Assembly (NCBI GenBank): GCA_002269645.1
Contig: NIVC01001905.1
Coordinates: forward strand, 1 to 64,000
Source: Macrostomum lignano
Taxonomy: Eukaryota
Direction: 5' to 3'
DNA: 64,000 nt
Shown here: positions 1 to 10,809 of the stretch, one piece after another
Layout: every line of letters begins with the position of its first letter
Position numbering within the stretch: the stretch's first letter is position 1
The notes under the pieces: model-generated
Told to the model about the DNA's origin: nothing
Database searches by the model: none
Seen by the model: the letters and a program-made list of their open reading frames with translations, nothing else
Made by a program: the position numbers and the translations under genes

Positions 1-1234
1 GGCCATGCATACATAGAGAATAGCAAGTCCTAGCTAGCTTCTGTCTGTGGCCGCCACAATAGACAGTTGTATAGGCAAACTTTTTGAGGTGTTGGTCGGG
101 TGAGAACAGGGAAAGAGCCTGCGATACGAAACTTTGTAAGCAAAAATCCTTGTAGCAAATTTCTCGCTAGCGATTTTCGGCTAGCAAAGATCGGCTAACA
201 AACCGTCCGTTGTTAAAATACGTAAAATACATTGAAAGTTAAGAACTTCAACTAGCTTAGCTACTAATAGTAGCCAAGTTCTTCAGTACTTTGCATTTAC
301 GAAGGAACGTTGAAAAAATGAAAACTTATCTCATGTATGTATTTCTGCCAGGTGGCAATCGAATTTCTTTCAAAAATCATTTAAAACAGTGGGTATCCAG
401 GAAAAGCATAATTCGTTGAAGAACTGGTCATTTTCAACAGAATAGCAATAAATAAAATTAATATTCAGGATCTCATTGTTCCAAGGTGTCTATAATTTCA
501 TAATCATAAATTTATAATTAGAATCATAGAATGGATTCATAAAGATATTAACAGGTTTCCATCCGCTTAATGTATAGATATCAGATAAAAGTGCTGCTAA
601 CTATTGCTATCATAGCAGTAATTTACTATCAAATATGGATTATTACTGTATAAATATATGCAACTCTACACTGAACAAGAAATGCAAAATGCAATCTTAA
701 AAATCAAATAACCAATCAGTCACTAAATATGTAGTAAGAAACTTTATAGACAACCGAAAATAGACGAGACAAAACAGAAATAAAACGAATAGTAATGCGT
801 AGGAGCACATTTAAATTGTTTTGTTTTGCTAAATTGAACCTTTTATACTTCCTTCTCTATCTTAACACAGGTGAAGTTTAGGCGCTATGAAAGCAGATAT
901 CTTTAGGTGATATGAAGTACGAGCTATTTAGGTGTTACGAAACCCCCAGACAATGAAGTTCAACATTTCTCGTGATTAGATTATTCTACTAAATCACATT
1001 CCTAGAGAATACATGCAGTGTCTAGACATCGCAGCAGTGTGACCCCTTAGAAATACAATAGATTACCGAATAAACCTCGAAACATGAAATGGTATTTAGA
1101 GCATAATCAACAATTCAGAGAGTAAAAAAATCTACTAGCATGTGGCTGTTAACAATCCATTTACAAAACGCGATCGGTTGCTAGAGACAGTGCGAGAGTG
1201 TATCAAACATATGCATGCAAATAAGGGCCTAGCC

Positions 1235-1568
1235 CAGGGGTCGGCAAACTTTTTACCTTCAGGGCCGGATAAAGAACCTAGCTAATGCCACGAGAGTAAT
1301 ATAGAGGTAATATAGGAGAGATGAGGAAAGAGAGAGTAGATGAGAAAGGATATATGAGATATGAGATATGAGGATGAGAGAAGAGAGAGAAGCTAAGAAT
1401 ATAGATAAGGATGAGAATTGAAAGAAGAGATAGAAAAGAATATGAGGGGAGAGAGGAGGTAAGAGAGCCGAGAAGAGACACAAACACAAAAAGTTTCAAA
1501 GGACCCGGGGGCCGGATAGAGAGGCTTCGCCCGCAGGTGACCCGTGAGCCGGAGTTTGCCGACCCCTG
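1235..1568. mobile_element. hAT/Charlie-like MITE (334 bp) with purine-rich interior
   Basis: Perfect 16-bp TIRs CAGGGGTCGGCAAACT (1235) and AGTTTGCCGACCCCTG (ends 1568). Flanking 8-mers gcctagcc/gcccagct match 6/8, a degraded hAT-type TSD. Ends 22 bp from the DUF229 stop codon. Confidence 0.8.
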
Positions 1569-1589
1569 GCCCAGCTTCGTTGGTAGCTT

Positions 1590-3757
1590 CTACTTGATAG
1601 AAGCTCCGGAACCCGACTTTACAGCTTTCTGCTCTTCCGATTTCTGATGCAGACAATAGCAAAGCGCTCTTAGATGAGGCAACTTATCACCTAGACAGGC
1701 GGCTTGTTGACGATAGGCGTTCACCCGACTAACACTATTTATATCCATGCTCAGTCGGTGACTAGCAATGTCCTCTTGCACCGTCACCTCGTAGTGGCCA
1801 TGATTAGGCAGCGTCTCAATTGTGAGCCGATATAGTCGATAGCCGGCCGACATCGTGTCCGAGAAGTCCGGATTTCTACCGTCCGCGTCTGCGCTTGCCT
1901 GTAACAAATAGTGTCGGGTGTTGATTTTTGCCTGCAGTCGAGAGTAGAGCATCACTTCCTGCCCTAAATTGATTCTATCTCTTCCCTCTGCTATACGCGT
2001 AATACGATCCTGATTTCTTCCTTAAAAATTTCACCTACCTTGAAGGAGAGAATCTTAGTCGATGGTGCGTATCCATCCACGGCAAGCAGCTTGGAGAAGG
2101 TCAACTCGGCGCATTGATCTCGATGCTTCTCAGTTTGCGCATTGAACTGCGCTACAACGTAATAACCAATCGTTTTGACGTTAGTGCCCAACGGACTGAG
2201 CGACTGCCAGGCAAGGCAAGCGCACCAATGCGCTTCGATGCCTATTTGAGCGCAATTGCGCTTCTCTGAAATTGGCGTAAAAAGGCTGACGCCGGCCTCG
2301 CGTTTACTAGTGGTCTTTGTGTTCTCCTGATGCTGCGGCGGCGGCTGGGGCGTAAAAAATTCGGCAGCATGCCGCATCGTTGCGTGCAAATCAAGCGGTG
2401 TAATCAGGCGATTTTGATTTTTTATTAGCTGTTTGGTCTCTATAGGATGAGCGTCTTTCAGACGCTTGGGTAAGGCTATGCCTAGAAAGGGCAGGCGCTC
2501 TTCATATTTTCCTTGAAGCGTTGATCGCGTCTTGGCATAACGGTGGCCATGGTCGGACATAAGTATCAGTATGGAATCATCCAGGTGTTTAGATTCTTTC
2601 AGATAGCGCAGATAAGCCAATAGATCGGCGTCCATCGGGCTTAGGTAATAGTTGTCTTCGTGGCTCAACTCGGAGTGAAACACAAAGGTAAACTTCTTGC
2701 GGTTCCGATACACGTCCAGGAAGTCCTTCTGCCAATCGATTTTCACTTGATGAAGCGGCTTAGAGCCCAGGCAGCCGTACTTCCGGTGCGGATAGAGTTC
2801 ATCAAGCTTCAGATAGAATGGTCGCATATAGTGATCAGTAGGCTGCTTCTTAAAGCCCAGCAGTCGGTACTGGAAAGTGCCGTATTTAGAACCGTCCTCG
2901 CCAAACTGGGTTGTGTAGTTCTTAGCCGCCAGTTCGCGCCAGATCCACGGATAATCGTCGACGGGTTTCGAATTGTTAAAACCGCGACGCGATTCGTACA
3001 GTTCGCTCTCCAGATGGCCAGTCAGCATTGGCAGCAGATTTGGCGTCGTGCCGTCACCTAGGATGTTGAATTTTTCGAACACGACGCCGCCAATGTCGTT
3101 AATAAAGTAGCCGTACGACTTTGGCAGATAGCGCTTCCAGGCTTCTCGCGATACTGAATCCAGGCCGAAAAGAATTATGCTTAACGGCTTTTGGTTCTGT
3201 TTGATGTACGGCGCCTCCTTAGATAGCTTTGGCGCTATACCCGCGTGCAACAGTTGGTACTGCTTCGATCTTTGCTCACTGGCGCAGTTAGCAACAAAGA
3301 AGTCGTTGATTAGTTGCCTATTCGTCGATATATCATCGACAGCTTCACCGTAGTAGACGGAGAAATCGTCGTCACGCAATACGGGCACCATGGCGCACTT
3401 GACGTCAGGATATGCGCTGCGTGTAGCGTCCGTAATCCGAAAAGTGCCGCCCTCGGACGTGACCCAGTTAGGCTCGGCAGCAGTGCAGTTCAGTGTGTAC
3501 AACGGTCTCGCCGATATTAACTGCTGTTGAAGGGGCGGCAGAATGCAGAGACTTTCAGTATCCTCCTTGGCCCCAGAGAGCACAACGTCCTGTTTGATTT
3601 GCAACGGATGAAAGCGCTTCTTGATGAGATTCGGCTGCCGGAGTAGCTCCAGAAACACGTACACTATCGGCACGCATATAATTAGCGTCCACATTAGCCG
3701 GTAGTGTGATCTTCCAAGCCGAGCGTAGTACATAATGCGACGCATTATTCGAACCAT
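1590..3757 (-). CDS. DUF229 family protein (alkaline phosphatase/sulfatase-like fold, N-terminal TM anchor), 2 coding exons, ~686 aa
   Basis: Exons 3757-2039 and 1931-1590; phase-0 GT-AG intron 1932-2038 (AAG|gtaggt...ctgcag|GCA). Motifs IILFGLDSVSR, GDGTTPNL, HSELSHED, ILMSDHGHR, YEERLPF, NRLITPLDLH, HWCAC, C-terminal CYC; hydrophobic anchor LMWTLIICVPIVYVFL. Confidence 0.9.
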
Positions 3758-4346
3758 TTAGAAATTTTAGAAACTCCAAGAAGTCCACGATACTAAACTG
3801 CGTCGATTGTACACAGAATTAAAAACGACAAAATATTAAAATAATTTGCTGAATGAGCTTTGTCGCTGACTTAGTGCCGCTAGCTGGTCGTCTAGTTGCC
3901 CGCACGATCAGATCAAACCGTATTTAGGTGGAATGGCAGTTGCAAAACCGCTCTTGCCCTCTTCTCATTCTGAACTGTACACTAAGTATCCTTCCAAGCG
4001 CTCTTTTCCAATTCACTCTCAACCCACGCGAAGAAGAGGGGCTGCATCAACTGTTTGGAACATTTAATGTACATTAGTGGATTGTACGCGGGGTAAGGAG
4101 AGAAAGGCAAAACATTCCGGGGTTTAGTATTGGTTGGTTGTGCAGGCATGGACAGCGAGGCCGCGTGGTCCGCCCGCAGTCTTTTCTAACCCCCTGGCCA
4201 TGGACGCCTCAAGCTAGAAATCTGGATCTCTTTACTTCAGCGGCATTTTGCTGAACTATAGAATTTCCTAATTTAAGGAAAAGATCGCATTTTTGCATTA
4301 TAACGTTTCCATAAAAAAAGAATTATAATCAATGTAAACCCCGAAC

Positions 4347-4795
4347 CCGAAGCACTGACCCCGAACCCGAAACCTGACCCGGACCGAAATCCGACCCGAC
4401 CTGACCCCGAACTTTCCCTGAAAGGAGATTAGGAGAACGCTTTATCTCAGGCTTTCCGTGATGATCTTTTTTCCAAGAGTGACGACTGAAGGGAGTTAAA
4501 CATCCTGAGGTACCTCTAGTACTCTAGTAGTCTACTTCTCGTTCTCATTTGCAGTCCTGGCTCCTTAACTCCTATTTCTAGTCATCAATCAGCAAGCAAA
4601 GTCTTCACTCCTCCCCTCCCTATAATTTGACTCCTCATTCTTAAGATCTTAGCATTGACTTTAACATCCACTTATCCAAATGTTTACCAACTTGGGTTTA
4701 AGTTGTCATTGTTAGCGCAAAATTTTTCCTTTGAACCCGACAACCCCGAAAACCCGACCCGAAACCCGACCCGACTCCGAACCCCGAACACCCTT
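4347..4795. repeat. Two clusters of ACCCGA/AACCCGAA motifs (about 4347-4415 and 4734-4795)
   Basis: Many imperfect ACCCGA copies in two same-orientation clusters; resemble subterminal repeats of a DNA transposon, but no TIR/TSD identified. Confidence 0.45.
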
Positions 4796-5239
4796 AGCCT
4801 GAAGTAATGAAAAAACAGACTGCCACTCCAGATACTCTCTCTAGAGCTCCCTATCCTTCCAGCCCTTGCTTAAACCCAGCCTTCCAACCCCTATGTTCTC
4901 CCTCGTATCAGTAGACTTTTATAACTGTACACTTCACCCCGATCCCTCGAACGTTCCTTTAGACTGAGGGCATGAAAAGCCAACAACACTGCAGTAGCAG
5001 CACCTCGGGTGCCACTGCCGACCGACAGTTTGAGTTCTGTTTGTTTTTTTGCTCGCCCAAGCCTCTTTACCCTTCGCGCTCCACGAAGAGCCACTGACCT
5101 GAAGTTGCATTTGTTGTCTGTATTAAATTTCTTTGACAAAATGAATAAATGAGTGTTGTGGTAAAGCGTCAAGTTATAAAATGTGCATACGTATGTACGC
5201 TGGCATGGGCAAATTGTTAGCACGAATTGCCTGAATTCG

Positions 5240-5647
5240 CTAGCGCCAGCACCAAGGGGCGCCAGCACCAAGGGGCGCCAGCACCAAGGGGCGCCAGCAC
5301 CAAGGGGCGCCAGCACCAAGGGCGCCAGCACCAAGGGGCGCCAGCACCAAGGGGCGCCAGCACCAAGGGGCGCCAGCACCAAGGGGCGCCAGCACCAAGG
5401 GGCGCCAGCACCAAGGGGCGCCAGCACCAAGGGGCGCCAGCACCAAGGGGCGCCAGCACCAAGGGGCGCCAGCACCAAGGGGCGCCAGCACCAAGGGGCG
5501 CCAGCACCAAGGGGCGCCAGCACCAAGGGGCGCCAGCACCAAGGGGCGCCAGCACCAAGGGGCACCAGCACCAAGGGGCGCCAGCACCAAGGGGCGCCAG
5601 CACCAAGGGGCGCCAGCACCAAGGGGCGCCAGCACCAAGGGGCGCCA
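5240..5647. repeat. 16-bp minisatellite (GCCAGCACCAAGGGGC)n, ~25 copies
   Basis: Directly visible tandem array; source of ORFs 4891-5673. Confidence 0.95.
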
Positions 5648-6054
5648 AAACTAAAGTACGAGTAATTTGTTAAGGAACTACAAAAATTGGCAACAGGGGG
5701 CGTCGCACCTGTTGTGAACAGGCGCCATAGTTTTGTCAGTCTATTGGTTGACCTCGGCTACGCCCATTGAATGAAGTGGTAGGTCAGACACTATGAATGG
5801 CCAAAAAGCACTGTATGTGATTCGTTGTGAATGCGGCAAATATTATAGTCGACAGTGGATAGTATATTGACTGCAGAGAAAAACTTCGAAAGAAAATCGT
5901 ATATTTCCTCTGTTAAAATAAAAGCCAAAAGCCAATTTTAAGCATTTTCTGGCCTTTGGAAACCATGCGCAGGTTGTGTCAGAACATTTTCCTCGTCAGC
6001 ATTGTCTGTCATGCTGTTTTCCTCCATAAAAAGGTAGATTTATATCGTCCAATG

Positions 6055-8662
6055 TTAATTATTGACGCGAGTGATCTTGTCCAGCACAATGGGATCGACA
6101 CGAACCTTGCGCTTGGTATCGTCGTCGCGTTTCACCGAGACCATAGCAACGCAGCCTTTGTTGGACTTGCCAGTGTAGCCTGGGGCCGAGAATGCCGTGA
6201 TCAGGTTCTTCTTATAGTGCCATTCGTAGCCAGTCATGCGCACATCGTGACCTGTCACATTTTTTGAGGTTCAATGTAGATTAAACGCAGTTTATGTGAA
6301 ACACATAAGAAATGCTGTTCATTCTGATTGCTAATAAAAGATTATAACATTTAGGTCTTTGGTACGATACTAACTCTCGTTTTGGGACCATTCGGAAAAG
6401 ACAGTGTTGTACGTGTGTTGGAAAGTAACTGGTCGTTAGTGATGTTCGCACATTCCAATAACCACTCACCGCGAATAATCAAGTTTAACTGCCAAGAGTT
6501 CAGAAACTTCTCAATAACGTTGGTACCAAAAATGTAGGAGATCTTTCGATCGTTGTTAAATATCCAGCCTTTGCTCTGATGCCACTTCTGATCGTTGGGT
6601 CCGGTCGTGCCTTTTACCACCGACGGATCCGACCACAGAAGGTCAGACAATAAGAAGCCGTACGTTTCGAAGGTCTTTGTACTGATGACGTCACGAAGCA
6701 CCTCTGTTTGAATTAAATATTGATTATAGGTTCATAATACGTAATGCTCTTTTCTTTCTCAAGTCATCTCAGGCAGCATCTCACCCTTGTCTTTGACGTA
6801 AGCGTCTCCAATTTCGCTAGGATTCTTCACCCTGGTATTAATTAGGTCAATCAGGTAGTCGACAGTCTGACTAGACGACATGTGATCCGGTATCTCGCAG
6901 ATGTCAACAATTCGACTTTTGCCGGTGCCGGCGCGGCACGTGTGACACATGGTGAGTATCGGCGAGATGCCGCCGTGTACGCAGTAGATTTTTCTGTCTA
7001 AGATGCACACGGACGGCAGGTAGTCGAATACGTGCACAAACATGTAGTACATGTTGTTGAATGACAGGTCGTAGAGGGCGGCATTGTTGCCGGCGTTTTC
7101 GGAGCAGCTAAAATTTAAAATACATGTAGATGTGTCAGAAGCGTCTAATGCCAAGTTGTTTACATTTTATTGAAAATTATTAACGGACGACAAGATGAAT
7201 TGATTATCCAAATGGTTTGGGTAACAAATATCCTTACGTTAGGTGTACATGTATAGAGCACGGACACCCTAGAGTTACAATTAGAGTCTAGAGTGTTTGG
7301 GAAAGCGTCAGAGAACATTTGGATTTACTTGTAGAATAATAAGAACAAGCAGTACAAGAGCTATACTCACCGATTGCGCACTTCGTCCATAAAGCCGTAG
7401 TGCTCGTGCATATCAAAATCTTCGTGATTGCCTTTAAGAAAGAACATTCGGGTCGGATAGCGCAGCTTGTAGTACAGCAGCAGCAGTGTGGTCTCCATCT
7501 GGCGCGGTCCACGATCGACGGAGTCGCCGCAGATGACGTAATTGTAGACATTCTGCTGCTCGGGTCCGCCGAACAGGAAAAACCAGCGCAGCTGATCTGA
7601 GTGCTGACCGTGCAAATCGGTGAACACAAAGGCCGGACCTTCGCATTCCTCGCAGGCCATGTGCTGCACTAGGCAGTAGCGCACCGCCATGAGCAGAGCG
7701 ATGATTCGGTAGCCGTTCAACTTGTTGTCCTCGCGCGTATCATCGTCCCAAACGATGGTCAGTCTGTGGGATTTCGTATACGAATTTGAGATCAGCGTCT
7801 CGTATGTCTGTTTAACTGGCTTACTGGGAACTACCGGGAACTATGCTGATCCAGATTCGACATGCATTAGTTTCATGTACTTGTAAATTGTCCTCAACCT
7901 TAAGGAGGAAAAGTTTTATTTCTAGAGTCTTTTAGATTTTTCTTTAGAGTTGTAGAGAATCAAAGAATTTTACCAACTACTTGGTTTAAAACACGAAAAA
8001 GCAGTTCAACAGGGTAATATTGGCAAAAACTACAGGGTATAAAGAGTATGTACCCGCACAGCTTTGATTATGCTAAGACGGGATTAAATACAAAGCAGGA
8101 CCAATTGAATGCAAGCTGTTGCACTCACGGCCTGCCCTCGAATCCGACATTCTCTGGCTTAGATTTGCCCGTCTTCACGGCGTTGTCTGTAGCTCGGTTA
8201 TAAAATTGATTGTACTTTAGCTTCATAAACAGCACGTCCAAGTCCAAGTAGTTGTTCATCTCTTTGCGCAGATTGGCAGTTGGAAGCAGATCGTAGAATC
8301 TGGGCATGACCAGGGTACCATCGCCGTTCTTCTGCATAGACGAACGGCCCAGGCCTGGTGTGGGATTGCAATAAGCAGAGTTGATACTACGCATGATGTA
8401 CTTTAAGTGAACTTCGAGTCGAAATGATACACTATTTAGCCTGACAAGTAGTGACCCCTTTAATGACCGAGCTATGGCATCCGAATACTCGTAAATATCA
8501 TGAGTGTTTATACCACTGACCATCTCGTTTGGACTCTTATAGATAATTTTACGCCGAATAAAATTCAACCAGAAACTACCCGATTACTTCCTTACCCTCG
8601 GTTCCTCCGGCCTTCTTCTTTCCGGCGCCTTTGCCTTTGCCCTTCTCTGAGCCGTCCGACAT
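6055..8662 (-). CDS. Divergent PPP-family (PP1-like) Ser/Thr phosphatase with N-terminal extension, ~6 exons
   Basis: Phase-consistent exons: ~8540-8129, 7823-7371, 7107-6785, 6703-6470, 6251-6055. Probable first exon starts at ATG 8662 (MSDGSEKGKGKGAGKKK); its splice junction is uncertain. PPP motifs TDLHG, GDSVDRG, KGNHE, HGG, DLLWSDP, RG|H, FSAPGY. Confidence 0.85.
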
Positions 8663-9291
8663 TGTGCTGAAAGTTGACAACTGGCCCAGAAAGTTTAGTA
8701 TTCGTCTGACAAAAGTCACGGGCCAAGCAAACAAGATGTATCAGTCAGAATATTTATTCCCTCGCTTGTTCTTTTTAATCTTTCCTGTCAATTGTTCACT
8801 TGACTTTTCAGCCATAGATAATTAAAATCGAAGAGCAAGAGAAGCAATATAGAAAGCAATATAGCATCTACACTTTCTATGGCTCCGATCGAGTTAAAGA
8901 ACTTATCGCAATTAGACTCGCAACGTAGTCGTCTTCTGCCTGACCTTGGCACTTAGCTTACCTACGAGTTCTAATAAAGCCGCTAGGCACGGGATTGTAC
9001 ATATACCGGTAGATATGAAACCGCATTTACGTTCGTAGCACATTAGATAGGATGTATGCATGTTTTAAGACTAAAGCTAGCGTCAACCTCACTAGACAAA
9101 CGATTGACATACTATTTCCTGCAGGTACTGAGTAGCAAAAAAGACGCGTATATAGATAGCTACGCACTCAGTTAAAGTCTGACTCTAATAAAACAGAGCA
9201 GCATCACAGTGCGCGTGGTCGCGAGCATAGGCCGCGCTGCCGACCGAATCCAAGCAGTCGACGGATTGCCAAAGTGCGTGCCTGTACTCAC

Positions 9292-9437
9292 CGGTAGGTT
9301 GCCTGCAGTGCCAGCAGCAGCACCGGCTTTGGGCAGTACGAGTCGGTACGGATGATGCAGTCAGGTGACAGGTCGTTTGAGCGGACCAGACCGGCACGGT
9401 GGTACAGTGCTAAGTCGGTGACTCGCTCATCGCTCAT
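9292..9437 (-). CDS. Candidate orphan first exon (MSDERVTDLALYHRAG...LLALQATYR|gtgagt)
   Basis: ATG at 9437 with an upstream in-frame stop, 48 sense codons, strong GTGAGT donor (phase 2). Downstream partner unknown. Confidence 0.3.
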
Positions 9438-9635
9438 CGCAATCACTGATCATCGCTGGTCTTAACCTCCCTCTGGTCCAATGCCACCTAGCTTCTGACA
9501 GTCAGTTGGCGCCTCGAACTCCAGGACTGAGATCGCAGAAACAGCCCAGACGAAAGAAGACGCAGTCTCGCGAACGTCAGGAACCAGATTGATAAGGTAG
9601 ACGAAATTGCTGTCAACGCCCTAACTCAGGGGTTA

Positions 9636-9994
9636 TTTTTTTATTAGAGGCAGGGGGGTTGTGTGTACCCTGGCGCACTTTAAGCGACATAGGCACACAA
9701 CCGGCGAGAGGCATTACTGCCCATTCCGCCGACTCCACTGAGCAGGCATACAAGCGCGCGGATACGTACGCAGGCACACACTCACACAGGAGTGTACAGC
9801 GGCCCTAACTTTATATTATCGTTAGGCATGTACACTTCACTGCGCCTTGGGGGGTTAGCTCTCAAGGCCGTTAATTGCACGAGCAGAGCCAAGCCGAGAT
9901 TCCAATTCAGCCCCAAATTAATGTGACTGCACTTGGAATCGAGCCTGGGTCGCTGGCACACCAGAGCAGCTGCGCTATCGCTGCGCTACGGCCC
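9636..9994 (-). mobile_element. tRNA-derived SINE, full length, with 17-bp TSD
   Basis: Minus strand begins GGCCGTAGCGCAGCGATAG (A-box) then GGCTCGATTCC (B-box) and ends CTCTAATAAAAAA. Flanked by ccctaactcaggggtta (9619-9635) and ccttaactcaggggtta (9995-10011). Confidence 0.85.
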
Positions 9995-10809
9995 CCTTAA
10001 CTCAGGGGTTACAACCTACATGTAGCACAGAGAGATATAAACTGTTAGTTATACGACCGTATGAGGTATTTTTTGTACAGTAATTCTCACAATTTTCCTA
10101 ACTTTTGTAACTTCGTTACTTTCAAGCAAGCGTTTATACAGGTACGTAAACGCCCCTGAGTAGGATGACTGTATTAACTGTGCATGCAATCAGATAGGTT
10201 TCCTAACAAGATAATTCATTCCATAGTCCTTAACTAGACACTGTATAGACGCAGCTGTAATCGAACCCCTTCCCTCCAGAAGTCACATTTAGAAGTTGTT
10301 TTGGAAGTGAAAAAAGGGAAGAAGTAGGCAAGTACTGCTAGAAATTTAATTCACAACAACTAGACTGATAAACAAGTTGATTCAATGGTTTATTTTGTAA
10401 AATAATAAAATTACCAAACTGCAGCGATGCATTAACATACAAAAGCGTTTCAAAAGCGTACAAGCTTAGCAAGCCAATCCGAGTTGCCAGGTGAGCAGTC
10501 AAATCAACAGATTTTTTTACAAAAAATGAAGTCAACAACATTTATCGGAGATAATAAAGGAAAGAATCAAATAAAGTTTCGATATAGAGAGTTAAAACAA
10601 CAATAAAGAATAATGAAAACACGTCGCTAAAAATGGAGCACAACATTGTACACGACAAAATTACATATTATCATACATGCATTGAGTCGCGGTTAGGCTA
10701 AGGCCCAGAATGTCTGGAGAAAAATTACCCAGGTATCAGGGGTCTAGGCCTAACCACCGTGGATTTGGTGATTCCTAAAGTATTTTATTGTTAAAGTGAT
10801 CACATTTGC

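Noticed and set aside
1991-2038. ORF tails such as VGEIFKEEIRIVLRV (DUF229), VSEAYGG...KKFFK (CSRNP) and EWLLECAN... (PPP)
   Set aside because: Read-through into introns past canonical GT donors.
4891-5673. Overlapping GAGAPWCWRPLVLAPL / GRQHQGAPAPRGASTK ORFs
   Set aside because: A 16-bp unit (not a multiple of 3) without stops is open in several frames; no flanking coding context.
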